A stretch of 64,000 nt of DNA, taken from positions 1,674,001 through 1,738,000 of the forward strand of contig NC_088802.1 of assembly GCF_011386835.1 (NCBI RefSeq). The letters run 5' to 3'. Shown here piece by piece: positions 10,401-20,058 of this stretch. The translations under genes were made by a program, and so were the position numbers. Source of the stretch: Chrysemys picta bellii. Its lineage: Eukaryota. Every line of letters starts with the position of its first letter. The stretch's first letter is position 1. Under the pieces are notes generated by a model, which was not told the DNA's origin, made no database searches, and saw only the letters and a list, made by a program, of their open reading frames with translations.

Positions 10401-13377
10401 GACCCCAAGATGGACCTAACTGAGGGGGTTCCTGTTGTCTGTGCCTGCAAGACCTGTCTTGGACTGTGTTCCTGTCGTCTAAATAAACCTTCTGCTTTAC
10501 TGGCTGGCTGAGAGTCAGGGTGAATCGCAGGGAGCCGGGGGTGCAGGGCCTGGTGTCCCCCCACACTCCACGACAGCTTGCAGCAGCAAGATTCCTAGAA
10601 CTGGGGTACAGGCCCCTACAACTTGCAGCACTCATTGTTGGCACTGAAATACCTAGATCAGATGTGGGAGAAGCTACAATTTGCAGTGCCCATGGCTACT
10701 ATTGAGATACCTGGAACAGGCATGCAGGCATCTAGAACCTGTAGCATTCATGGCTGGCCTGTGGTATGTAGCACCTGCACACAAGCCTCTAGAACTTGCA
10801 GAGTCCATGGCTGGTGTTGATGTACCTAGAACCAGCATGCATGTGCACAGAACTTGTGTCATCCAGGTCTGGCAGTGAAGAACCTTTGAGCTGACATACA
10901 AGGACCTAGAACTTGCAGCATCCACAACAGACATTGAGGTGCCCCGTACTATTGTAGACACCCCTAGAAATCGCAGTGGCCATGGCTGGTGTTGAGGCGC
11001 TTAGAACCAATGCTGAAACATAGTCCCTGACTCACCTGGTCCACAATGTTCTCCACCCATTCCTTGAAGATCTGGAAGCTTTCTCTGTTGATACTCTTTG
11101 AGGAGTCCACCAGCAGGTAGACGTTAATGAAGCTGTCCTTGCTAAGAATGAGCCTGTGGCCTAGGAACGTTGCTGGGCAGGGGAACCGGGAGAGGTCATC
11201 CGCAACATCCTGGGGAGAGAGATCCCCCCGTGTGCCCCACCTCCCTTACACCCCTTAGTACCAACCCACACTCCCTCAATTCCCTCCTCTCCCCACTGCC
11301 TCTTGCCACCCCCATCTCTTGGACTTCCTCCCCCACTGCATCCTCATCGCCCTGCAGAGACCACCCTCTCCCCTTGGTCCCCACCCCGTCAGAATCCCCC
11401 CAGGGCCTGCCTCCCCCCACACTCCCAGGCAGACTCACGTGGCTTTATGATGGAGGCATTGAGGCTGGAGGAGGCCGAGGAGCTGGCCAGGCCCAAGACG
11501 TTGGAGAAGGAGGCTCCGAACTCGGCCCCGACGTCCTCCACCCGGTCGTAGGAGAAAGGGGCTGCGCGGGCAGGGGAAAGCGGGGTCCCTGTTAGCCAGG
11601 CAGCAGGGAACATGGCGCCGGAGGTGGGGGGGAGACGGAGGGTCAAGGAGGGATGGGGAGGGGGACCTTGGGCAGGTGGGGAGGGTGTTGTGGAAGGTGA
11701 TGAAGGAGCCCCAGGGGTGGGGGAACCTGGAGGGGGTGGAGGGCCAGAAGGGGGAGCCCTGGGCCAGGGATGGTGGTGGGGGTGGGGGGGAATCACTCAC
11801 CTCTGCAGCTGGGCTCGGCCCCCGACCACTCCCCAGCCTCAGTGCAGACGCGCTGCGCGGACCCCACCAGAGACAGCCCTGCCTGGCAGCGGTAGGAGAC
11901 CTGCTCGCCCAGCCGGTACCGGCTGCCACTCTTCGTCGTCCCGGCCGGCACCCCGGGGTTGGGGCATTGCTCAGCTGGGGGGAGAGAGAGGTGAGAACGG
12001 CCCCCAAATCCCTCAGTCTCCAACCCCCCGGGACCCACTTCCACCCCTGAGCTCCCTGGGGACATGGGGGTGCTTGGGGCATACAGGAGGTATGGGGGCT
12101 CTCAGGGGCGCAGGGAAATATGGGGATACTGGGGAAATGGGGGGCTCTCAGGGATGCAATGGGGGCTCAGGGAGCTCTCGGGGGTGCAGGGGGATATGGG
12201 GCAGAGGGGAAATGGGGGGGCTCTCAGGGGATATGGGGGCACAGGGGGATGGGGCTCTCAGGGAGATATGGGGGCGCAGGGGGATAAGGGGGTCTCACCT
12301 CCATCGTCGCAGGCGGGGGTGCCCCCGTCCCAGTGCCCGTTCTCCTGGCAGGTGCGCTGGGCCGGCCCCCGCAGCATGTACCCGTCCAGGCACTCGAAGG
12401 TCAGGATGCTGCCCACGGGGTAGGACGCCTGGCGCGGCTGGAACGAGCCGTTCTCGAACGCCAGTTGCGCCGGGCAGCGGATCTCTGAAACCAGAACAGA
12501 ACCAGAGTGGAGAGAACCCAGGAGTCCTGGCTCCTGGCCCCCATGCCCCACTAGACCCTACTCCCCTCCCAGAGCCGGGGATTGAACCCAGGAGTCCTGG
12601 CCCCCAACCCCCACTCCGCTCTAAACACTAGCCCCCACTCCCCTCCCAGAGAACCCCGGTGTCCGGGCACCCCGTACCTTGGCAGAGAGGCTGGGGGAAG
12701 ACGGAGCCGGTGGGGGTGCGGAGCGTGGTCCAGCGCCCGTCATCCTGGCAGAGACGGCTGCCCAGCGGGTAGGGGTAGAAGCCCGGGGGGCAGGAGTAGG
12801 TGAGCACACTGCCCGGGCGGTACCCGTCCGACAGGGCGAACGTGCCATTGCGGATGGCCACGTCCTGGCCACAGGAGGGCGCTGCCTCCTCGGGGGGCTG
12901 CGCCCAGGCACCTGGGGGACACGGGGAACAAGCAGGAATGAACGCATGGCCCAAGGGAGGAGAGAGAGAGATTCGGGGGGAAAGGGAGAGAGCGAATGAG
13001 ACAAAAAGAGCAGAGATGAGAGAGAAGGAATGGAAAAAACAAGAGAGAGAGAGAGGGGAGGAGAGCCCGAGAAAGAAAGAAAGAAAGAAAGGACATACGG
13101 CGTGCAAGAGGGGAAGGAAAAGGGGAGAGGGATGGAGGCAGAAGCCGGGAGCGAGAGAGGGAGGGAGGGGCTGCAGGATGGGGGGACAGGAAAAGGGGAA
13201 CAAGAAACAGGCCCAATGAACGAGTGCAGGGAGGACATTTCGCCCCCCTGCCCCCCCCGCATGCAGCTCGACCTCCCCGAACTCCTTCCGCGCCCTCGCT
13301 TGCCCCGTCCCTGGGGGGCTCCATCCCCCCCCCGTACCTGGGCAGAGGGCGAGCAGCAGAAGGGCGCAGAGGGCCAT
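1378..13377 (-). CDS. C2: Complement C2, left copy, exons 1-12 (exon 13 onward lies outside window)
   Basis: 12 GT-AG exons in continuous frame: signal peptide [14 protein letters not shown], three CCP modules, vWFA (DSSKS, TDG), start of protease (TAAHC). Confidence 0.9.
1750..1841 (-). CDS. C2: C2 left exon 11
   Basis: 92 nt, [24 protein letters not shown]. Confidence 0.9.
2181..2321 (-). CDS. C2: C2 left exon 10
   Basis: 141 nt, DIYAFGIG...[10 protein letters not shown]. Confidence 0.92.
2625..2780 (-). mobile_element. CR1-type LINE 3-prime UTR fragment; mirror ~46497-46652
   Basis: Recognised ...GGACCTTTGGTCTGACC..GTATGGCCGTTCTTATG tail. Confidence 0.7.
3786..4990 (-). mobile_element. 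Solo LTR ~1.2 kb in C2 intron 9 (left copy)
   Basis: TG...CA, TSD TGAAG/TGAAT; TATA and AATAAA on minus. Confidence 0.88.
5102..5191 (-). CDS. C2: C2 left exon 9
   Basis: 90 nt, [12 protein letters not shown]...DYL. Confidence 0.9.
5360..5506 (-). CDS. C2: C2 left exon 8
   Basis: 147 nt, DHGNGTGTN...[11 protein letters not shown]. Confidence 0.92.
6110..6410 (-). mobile_element. CR1 LINE ORF2 fragment (endonuclease end/linker); mirror ~42865-43170
   Basis: Translates [31 protein letters not shown], matching CR1 ..LDL..T..EELI....V...LG.SDH..I.F motif. Confidence 0.7.
6541..6682 (-). CDS. C2: C2 left exon 7
   Basis: 142 nt, [16 protein letters not shown]; weak donor GTCCTG. Confidence 0.85.
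7757..9475 (+). CDS. Retrotransposon Gag-protease ORF (SAP-like N-terminus, SCAN-like capsid CTD, CCHC knuckle, DTG protease), ~572 aa from ATG 7757
   Basis: ETYRKRFR...[21 protein letters not shown]-like; [14 protein letters not shown]; YWDTGAEVT. Confidence 0.85.
   Translation: MDAKRLKSDLVELCGQRGLRIGRSTKEQLIARLEERDRLDEPSPVPEGSRPADAAWAPGPDLAGRGQTAAEDIPRPCLPIPRGGVGGSPANTEGTLTPAASRGSSQWSSPSRERMRLEYDRELRLKELELRQQELKQEREEKEKQRQHELELARLRSSGAPAAVSEGGPKTAKSFDQCFLAQRKEGEDMDTFLMAFENTCELLQVDPADRLQFLIPSLDPTAREVYSRLKGAETGDYELFKKALLHEFGLTPETYRKRFRSQRKTREVTYLQLANRAQGYARKWTAGAQTKENQLDLFVLEHVYEQCPSDLRRWLMDQKPENPQHAGQLADEFVNSWAGDNREKSQRNGPATTQRESHHGTSQRGNMENPHQRGTSSIRSIRPARGDPRDMGCYHCDQKGHIRAQCPRLRDRLSGTNPQRVDWVETQPGEGQHSQERGAGRVPPAKEGEELQASSSGGLDAPDSGFLVYTVGAGLSLRREYLVPLEVDVRKVNGYWDTGAEVTLARPEVVAPDQVVPNTYLTLMGVSGTPVKVPMARVHLKWGAKEGPKDVDVHPYLPTEVLMGGRPGGLAK
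9540..9790 (+). pseudogene. Integrase zinc-binding (HHCC) remnant directly after protease
   Basis: [20 protein letters not shown]....FYWPG....CGSCDPCQR; no core, RT or RNase H follows. Confidence 0.85.
11036..11172 (-). CDS. C2: C2 left exon 6 (activation site, vWFA start)
   Basis: 137 nt, [27 protein letters not shown]. Confidence 0.92.
11439..11561 (-). CDS. C2: C2 left exon 5 (linker)
   Basis: 123 nt, [18 protein letters not shown]. Confidence 0.88.
11801..11974 (-). CDS. C2: C2 left exon 4 (CCP3)
   Basis: 174 nt, CPNPGVPAG...WSGAEPSCR. Confidence 0.92.
12299..12484 (-). CDS. C2: C2 left exon 3 (CCP2)
   Basis: 186 nt, [11 protein letters not shown]...[11 protein letters not shown]. Confidence 0.92.
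12678..12911 (-). CDS. C2: C2 left exon 2 (CCP1)
   Basis: AG/GT bounded, 234 nt, [10 protein letters not shown]...CPPGFYP...C. Confidence 0.9.
13338..13377 (-). CDS. C2: C2 left exon 1 (signal peptide, 40 nt)
   Basis: ccaccATGG context, phase-1 GT donor; 6 nt shorter than right copy. Confidence 0.88.
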
Positions 13378-13699
13378 GGTGGGTCCTGGGGGGGACCCGC
13401 GCACCTGCTCCTGGCCTGGCGGCTCTGCTATGGGGAGCCTCCCCCGCGGGGCCAGGGCCAGGTCCAGCCGTGGGTCCCTCCCCCCCAGGCGATAGGGCTG
13501 GGCTCAGGCTGGCAGCGCTCCCTAGGGGGAAGGGCCGGTGCCCCCCTGGGGCGGTCTGGCCTTGCGGCCCTGGGGTCAGGGGCTGTTTGTTTTGGTGACA
13601 CACACGGGGCTGCACAAACAACGGCTCATTTCCCGGCTCCCCGGTTAATGGGTACAGGATTAGTGAGCCCCGAGCCAGTCCCGCGGCCCCGCCCCTGCC

Positions 13700-14575
13700 C
13701 GGAGAGAACCCAGGAGTCCGGGCCCCCCCGTCTGCTCTAATCACCAGCCCCCTTTCCCTGCCCCCGCCCGGAGAGAACCCAGGAGTCCTGCCCCCCCCGT
13801 CTGCTCTAACCACCAGCCCCCACTCCCCACCCCCACCCGGAGAGGACCCAGGAGTCCTGCTCTAACCACCAGCCCCCACTCCCCACCCCCGCCCGACTCA
13901 GGAGTCCTGATCTAACCACCAGCCCCCACTCCCCTCCCAGAGCCAGGGAGAGAACCCAGGAGTCCTGGCTCCCAGCCCCCCCTGCTCTAACCACCAGCCC
14001 CCACTCCCCTCCCAGAGCCAGGGAGAGAACCCAGGAGTCCTGGCTCCCAGCCCCCCCTGCTCTAACCACCAGCCCCCACTCCCCTCCCAGAGCCAGGGAG
14101 AGAACCCAGGAGTCCTGGCTCCCAGCCCCCCCTGTTCTAACCACCAGCCCCCACTCCCCTCCCAGAGCCAGGGAGAGAACCCAGGAGTCCGGGCTCCCAG
14201 CCCCCCCTGTTCTAACCACCAGCCCCCACTCCCCTCCCAGAGCCAGGGAGAGAACCCAGGAGTCCGGGCTCCCAGCCCCCCCTGCTCTAACCACCAGCCC
14301 CCACTCCCCTCCCAGAGCCAGGGAGAGAACCCAGGAGTCCTGGCTCCCAGCCCCCCCTGCTCTAACCACCAGCCCCCACTCCCATCCCAGAGCCAGGGAG
14401 AGAACCCAGGAGTCCGGGCTCCCAGCCCCCCCTGCTCTAACCCACCAGCCCCCACTCCCCTCCCAGAGCCGGGGAGAGAACCCAGGAGTCCTGGCTCCCA
14501 GCCCCCCCTGCTCTAACCACCAGCCCCCACTCCCCTCCCAGAGCCGGGGAGAGAACCCAGGAGTCCGGGCCCCCA
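13700..14575. repeat. 75-bp VNTR (CTCTAACCACCAGCCCCCACTCCCCTCCCAGAGCC...GAGAACCCAGGAGTCC); same family at ~1060-1345, 19165-19620, 20125-20410, 32255-32595, 33100-33640, 38060-38625, 61560-61760
   Basis: Period 75 measured (13921, 13996, 14071...). Confidence 0.95.
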
Positions 14576-14639
14576 CTCCCCCCACTTCAGAGCAGGAGAT
14601 GGGGGAGAGGCACATGTGTGTGTGTGGGGGGGTGGTGGT

Positions 14640-14800
14640 TTCCATGGTGATTTTATGGGTAAAAAATTTCCCTCGTCCCCCCCCGCCCATCTGGTGCTTG
14701 GCGCCGCATGATGACGTCACTGTTCTTAAAGGGGAGGATGGAGAGGGGGAATTAAAGGGGCCCCTGGAGAGAGAGGTAGCCAGCCAATCCCCAAGTGCCC
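14640..14800. promoter_or_regulatory. Non-repetitive block with CRE (TGACGTCA 14712-14719) and CCAAT between C2 and ZBTB12; mirror ~37860-38010
   Basis: Motifs visible, nearly identical in both arms. Confidence 0.35.
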
Positions 14801-14809
14801 CCAGCTCCC

Positions 14810-16390
14810 ACAATGCACTGGGGCTGCCCCCCCACGCACCCCCAGTATGCACCAGGACTGCGTCCCCCCCACGCACCCCCGTCTCCCATGATGCACCAGG
14901 GCCACCTCCCCCCCACCCCCGTATGCCACAATGCACTGGGGCTGCCCCTCCCCCCCCATATTCCATGGTGCACCAGGGCCGCCTTCCCCCAACACCCCTA
15001 TCTCCCACAATCCACCGGGGCCACCTCCACCCGTCTCCCATGATGCACCGGGGCTGCCTCCCCCCAACGCACCCCCATATTCTATGATGCACCAGGGCCT
15101 CCACCCCACACGCACCCTGTGACAAAGTGGGAATGTTCTTAATGTTTTCTCTGAATACTGTGTGAGTGCCTCAGTTTCCCCTTTGCATTTCTTAAGTCTC
15201 TAGGTGGTGGGGTAAGGGTGTGTGAGAGTTTCAGTTTGGAGCTGGCTGGGGAAATGGAGTGGGGCCCAGACGCAGCTCTGGGCTCCCTGGCCCCCACAAT
15301 GGACCTGACTGCGGGGTCCTGGTCTCTGTACCTACAAGCTCTGCCCTACGCCGTGTTCCTGTCGTCTAATAAACCTTCTGTGTTACTGGCTGGCTGAGAG
15401 TCACGTCTGACTGCGAAGTGGGGGTGCAGGACCCTCTGGCTCCCCCAGGACCCCACCGGGGCTGACTCGCTGTGGGAAGCGCACGGATGCTGAATGCTCC
15501 AAGGTCAGACCCAGGAGGTGAAGCCGTGTGAGCTTCTTGCCCTGGAGACAGTCTGCTCCGAGGGAGAGGAGGCTCCCCAGAGTCCTGACTGGCTTTGTGG
15601 GGAGCAGTTCCAGAGCATCGCCCGGGGACTCCCTGACACACCCCCATATCCCACTATGCACTGTGGCCGCCTCCCCCTACGCTGCCCATATCCCACAATG
15701 CACTGGGGCTGCATCCCCCCCAACAATCCCCTGTATCCCATGATGCACCGGGGCCACCTCCCCACACATACGCCTGTTTCACACTGGGGCCGCCTCCCCC
15801 CAACGCACCCCCATATCCCACGATGCACCAGAGCCGCCTCCCCCCAACGCACCCCCATATCCCACGATGCACCAGAGCCGCCTCCCCCCAACGCACCCCC
15901 ATATCCCATGATGCACCGGGCCTCCACCCCCCCACGCACCCCCATATCCCACGATGCACCAGAGCCACCTCCCCCCAACGCACCCCCATATCCCACGATG
16001 CACCAGAGCCGCCTCCCCCCAACGCACCCCCATATCCCATGATGCACCGGGCCTCCACCCCCCCACGCACCCCCATATCCCACGATGCACCAGAGCCACC
16101 TCCCCCCAATGCACCCCCATATCCCACGATGCACCAGAGCCACCTCCCCCCAACGCACCCCCATATCCCACGATGCACCGGGCCTCCCCCCAACGCACCC
16201 CCATAACCCACGATGCACCGGGCCTCCACCCCCCCACGCACCCGGGTATCCCATAATGCACCGGGGCCTTGCCCCTCCACGCAGCCCCATCTCCCACGAT
16301 GGACCAGGGCTGCCTCCCCCCACGCACCCCCATCTCCCATGATGCACTGGGGCCACCTCCGCTCACGCACCCCCGTATCCCACAATGCAC
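14810..16390. repeat. ~43-bp VNTR (ATGCACCAGAGCCGCCTCCCCCCAACGCACCCCCATATCCCACG) interrupted by LTR; mirror ~36420-37840, shorter
   Basis: Direct inspection. Confidence 0.92.
15118..15638 (+). mobile_element. Solo LTR (family B) inserted in a minisatellite
   Basis: TG...CA, TSD CACCC, AATAAA ~15368. Confidence 0.9.
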
Positions 16391-16394
16391 CAGG

Positions 16395-16639
16395 GCGGTG
16401 GGGCTGCCAATCCCCCCCTCATTGTCCTCTCCCCTCCCTTCGCCGTTTACTTTTCATCTGGCGGACAATAATCCCTCCCGCCGGGTCCTGCCCCTTTAAG
16501 GGCCCCTCGCCTCGCCTGGCCCCTTTAATTCCCTTTCTCTGGAGTTGGCTCCTTGTGCAAAAATAGAAAAACCCCCAAACCCCCCAAGCGAAGCGAGGGG
16601 CGGAAACCCCGGGGGGCCGGGACCCGCGGCCGCCTGCAG
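16395..16639 (+). promoter_or_regulatory. Probable ZBTB12 promoter and non-coding first exon (donor CAG|GTGAGG at 16640; acceptor at 17336/17337); mirror ~36171-36415
   Basis: CCAAT and GC box, consensus donor, branch-point CTAAC plus pyrimidine tract before 17337; conserved in both arms. Confidence 0.5.
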
Positions 16640-16659
16640 GTGAGGGGGGGCCCCGGGGA

Positions 16660-17130
16660 GTAGGGAGGGGCGCAGTGGGGGAGGGGCGCAATGGGGGAGG
16701 GGTGCGGGAGGCTGGCTGCGATGGGGGAGGGGTGCATTGGGGTGGGACGCAGGTGGGGGTGTGCAATGGGGGAGGGGAGCAGGGATGGGTGCAATGGGGG
16801 AGCAGGGGTGGGTGTAATGGGGGAGCAGGGGGTGAGTGCAATGGGGAGGGGTGCATTAGGGGAGGGGAGCAGGGGTGGGTGCAGTGGGGGAGCAGGGGTG
16901 GGTGTAATGGGGGAGCAGGGGGTGAGTGCAATGGGGGAGGAGTGCATTAGGGAGGGACGCAGTGGGGGTGTGCAATGGGGCAGGGGGTGGGATGGAGGGG
17001 TGCAGGGGTGAGTGCAATGGGGGAGGGGTGCATTAGGGGAGGGGAGCAGGGGTGGGTGCAGTGGGGGAGCAGGGGGTGAGTGCAGTGGGGGAGGGGTGCA
17101 TTGGGGGAGGGGCACGATGGGGGAGCTCTG
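16660..17130. repeat. G-rich minisatellite in probable ZBTB12 intron 1; mirror ~35670-36150
   Basis: GTGCAATGGGGGAGGGG units. Confidence 0.85.
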
Positions 17131-17374
17131 GCCAGGGGGGGTTCAGGGCTGCTTTGCAGCTGCTCAGGTGGGTGCCTGAACCCCCTAGACGTGGGGCGCG
17201 GGGCATGCAGGCAGCCGGGGCTGGCAGGGTGGGCCGGCCGGGTGTGATCGAGGGTCTGGGGGTGAAGGGGGGAGCATGAAAGGCAGTAAGGGGGTGTCCA
17301 GCCTCAGCTAACCCCGTCCTTCCTGTCTGCCTCCAGCCCGGCCTCACCTCGAGTCGCCTCCCGGCTCCCTCTTC

Positions 17375-17860
17375 CAGGTCCCCAGCTCCCACAATTCCCC
17401 CCCAGCTCCCCCTTCCGGCCCCCCGGCTCCCCCTCCATCCCACAACTCCCCCTGTCTCCCCCTTCCAGCTCCCCTTCACCCACAACTCCCCCCAGCTCCC
17501 CCTTCCGGCCCCCCGGCTCCCCCTCCATCCCACAACTCCCCCCGGCCACCCAGCTCCCCCTCCACCCACAACTCCCCCTGTCTTCCCCTTCCAGCCTCCC
17601 AGCTCCCCCTCCACCCACAACTCCCCCTGTCTTCCCCTTCCAGCCCCCCAGCTCCCCCTCCACCCCACAACTCCCCCAGCTCCCCCTTCCGGCCCCCCGG
17701 CTCCCCCTCCACCCACAACTCCCCCCAGCTTCCGCTTCCAGCCCCCGAGCTCCCCCTTCCAGCCCACAACTCCCCTTGGCTCCCCCTTCCAGGGCCCCGG
17801 CTCCCCCTCCAGCCCCGCAACTCCTCTGAGCCCCCCCGGCTCCCCCTTCCAGCCCCCCGG
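17375..17860. repeat. C-rich minisatellite immediately upstream of ZBTB12 ATG; mirror ~34935-35420
   Basis: CCCACAACTCCCCC/CCCCTTCCAGC units. Confidence 0.85.
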
Positions 17861-17861
17861 C

Positions 17862-19151
17862 ATGGCGTCGGGCGTGGAGCTGCTGCGGTTCCAGCTGCCG
17901 GGCCACGAGGCGGCCACGCTGCGCAACATGAACCAGCTACGCTCGGAGGAGCGGTTCTGCGACGTGACCATCGTGGCCGAGAGCCTGAAGTTCCGGGGGC
18001 ACAAGGTGATCCTGGCGGCCTGCTCCCCGTTCCTGCGCGACCAGTTCCTGCTGAACCCCTCCTCCGAGCTGCAGGTCTCCCTCATGCACAGCGCCAAGAT
18101 CGTAGCCGACCTGCTGCTCTCCTGCTACACCGGCGCCCTGGAGTTCGCCGTGCGCGACATCGTCAACTACCTGACGGCCGCCAGCTACCTGCAGATGGAG
18201 CACGTGGTGGAGAAGTGCCGCAACGCCCTCTCCCAGTTCATCCAGCCCCAGATTGGCCTCAAGGAGGACGCCCCCCCGGCCAAGGGGGGCGCCCCCCGGG
18301 CCCCGGCCGGCCCCTCGCCCCAGGAGCGGGCCCGCCACCGCCTCCCAGCCTGGCCCCTCAAGCTGGAGCTGGAGGAACTGGAGCTGAAGGACGAGGAGGA
18401 GGAAGAGGACTACGGGGACGACGACGGCGTCTCCGACATCTGCATCGTCAAGGTGGAGTCGGCCCTGGAGGTGGCCCAGCGGCAGAAGAAGCAGCAGGCG
18501 GCGGCGGCCTGGGCCAAGGAGGGGTCCCCGCCGCCCGGCTGGGCCAAGGAGCAGCAGCAGGAGGCCCAGGTGAACTCCACGGTGGCCGAGGGGCCGGTGC
18601 CGCCCGAGCCGGCCCCGCAGGGCGTGGTCAAGGCCTGCTACAGCCTGGCGGAGGACGCCGAGGGCGAGGGGCTGCTCATCTTCCCGGGGGGCACCTACGC
18701 GGAGGAGGGCGGCGGGCGCCCCGCGGCCGGGCGCGGGGGGCCGGCGGGCCCCCACCCGCTGCGCAGCATCCGCTGCGCCAAGTGCGAGGAGGCCTTCCAG
18801 GGGGTGGAGAAGCTGGTGTTCCACATGCGGGCGCAGCACTTCATCTTCATGTGCCCGCGCTGCGGCAAGCAGTTTAACCACAGCAGCAACCTCAACCGGC
18901 ACATGAACGTGCACCGGGGCGTGAAGTCCCACTCCTGCGCCGTCTGCGGCAAGAGCTTCACCCAGAAGTCCACCCTGCACGACCACATGAACCTGCACAG
19001 CGGGCAGCGCCCCTACCGCTGCTCCTACTGCGACGTGCGCTTCGCCCACAAGCCCGCCATCCGCCGCCACCTCAAGGAGCAGCACGGCAAGACCACCGCC
19101 GAGAACGTGCTGGAGGCCAGCGTCTCCGAGATCAACGTCCTGCTGCCCTAG
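17862..19151 (+). CDS. ZBTB12: Zinc finger and BTB domain protein 12, copy 1 (single coding exon, 429 aa)
   Basis: [30 protein letters not shown]-terminus plus four C2H2 fingers; recognised as ZBTB12. Confidence 0.95.
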   Translation: MASGVELLRFQLPGHEAATLRNMNQLRSEERFCDVTIVAESLKFRGHKVILAACSPFLRDQFLLNPSSELQVSLMHSAKIVADLLLSCYTGALEFAVRDIVNYLTAASYLQMEHVVEKCRNALSQFIQPQIGLKEDAPPAKGGAPRAPAGPSPQERARHRLPAWPLKLELEELELKDEEEEEDYGDDDGVSDICIVKVESALEVAQRQKKQQAAAAWAKEGSPPPGWAKEQQQEAQVNSTVAEGPVPPEPAPQGVVKACYSLAEDAEGEGLLIFPGGTYAEEGGGRPAAGRGGPAGPHPLRSIRCAKCEEAFQGVEKLVFHMRAQHFIFMCPRCGKQFNHSSNLNRHMNVHRGVKSHSCAVCGKSFTQKSTLHDHMNLHSGQRPYRCSYCDVRFAHKPAIRRHLKEQHGKTTAENVLEASVSEINVLLP

Positions 19152-20058
19152 GGGGCGCCGGACGCCTGGGTTCCCCCTCCGGCGCTGGGAGGGGAGGGGG
19201 GGCTAGTGCTCAGAGCGGAGGGGGGTGGCTGGGAGCCAGGACTCCTGGATTCTCTCCCTGGCTCCGGGAGGGAAGTGGGGTGTAGTGGTTAGAGTGGGAG
19301 AGGCTGGGAACCAGGACTCCTGGGTTCTCTCCCCAGCTCTAGGAGGGAAGTGGGGTGTAGTGGTTAGAGCGGGGGAGGCTGGGAACCAGGACTCCTGGGT
19401 TGTCTCCCCAGCTCTGGGAGGGAAGTGGGGTGTAGTGGTTAGAGCGGGGGGGGTGGCTGGGAGCCAGGACTCCTGGGTTCTCTCCCCAGCTCTAGGAGGG
19501 AAGTGGGGTGTAGTGGTTAGAGCGGGAGGGGGCTGGGAGCCAGGACTCCTGGGTTCTCTCCCCAGCTCTAGGAGGAGAGTGGGGGCCGGTGGTTAGAGCC
19601 GGGGGAGGGGCTGTGAGCCAGGACCCCTGGGTTCCGTCCCGGGCTCAGGGAGGGGAGGGGAGGGGGGCTACCAGGTTAGAGCCGGGTGTGTTTTCCCAGC
19701 AACCAAAGAACGGACGTCCCCGGCGGGGGAATTGGAGCCCAGGATGCGCAGAGCGAAATGCCACGGGTGGGGGGGCGGCTCTCCAGTAGCTGGTAGTAGT
19801 AGGCTTTTATCCATCTCTTCTTTCAGCCGGCAAGACTGGGTTAGCACCCTTCAGCCAGCTGAGTGCAGATGTAGCCACTAGGAATTAGAGAGGGACGGAC
19901 GGGGACGGGACCTGTCCTCTCTGGGGGGTGTCGGGTCCCCTCTTGCCCCAGGGCGGGGGCTGACCGATGGAGCTGTTCCCCTCTGGGGCGCGCTGGCTCT
20001 GGGGCTCACCCCCCACATCCTTACAAACAGTTTTTAGATTGTTTAAAACTTTTTTTTT

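Larger units (their letters stand above)
6957..10575 (+). mobile_element. Gmr1-like Ty3/Gypsy LTR retrotransposon, internally deleted, in intron 6 of left C2 (antisense)
   Basis: LTRs 6957-7411 and 10119-10575, TSD GCTTG both sides, degenerate tRNA-Leu PBS 7414-7431, PPT 10107-10118. Confidence 0.95.

Noticed and set aside
13806-16390. Long repetitive ORFs and regular repeat-spacer look resembling CRISPR or a repeat protein
   Set aside because: Simple VNTRs with near-identical units, no unique spacers, eukaryotic context
17937-19085. 382-aa antisense ORF over ZBTB12 (and mirror 33709-34857)
   Set aside because: Shadow ORF caused by very high GC3 codon bias of the sense gene
19780-19895. AT-richer segment in ZBTB12 3-prime UTR as possible ncRNA or LINE remnant
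   Set aside because: No recognisable box motifs or hairpin, and similarity to LINE ends too weak to support
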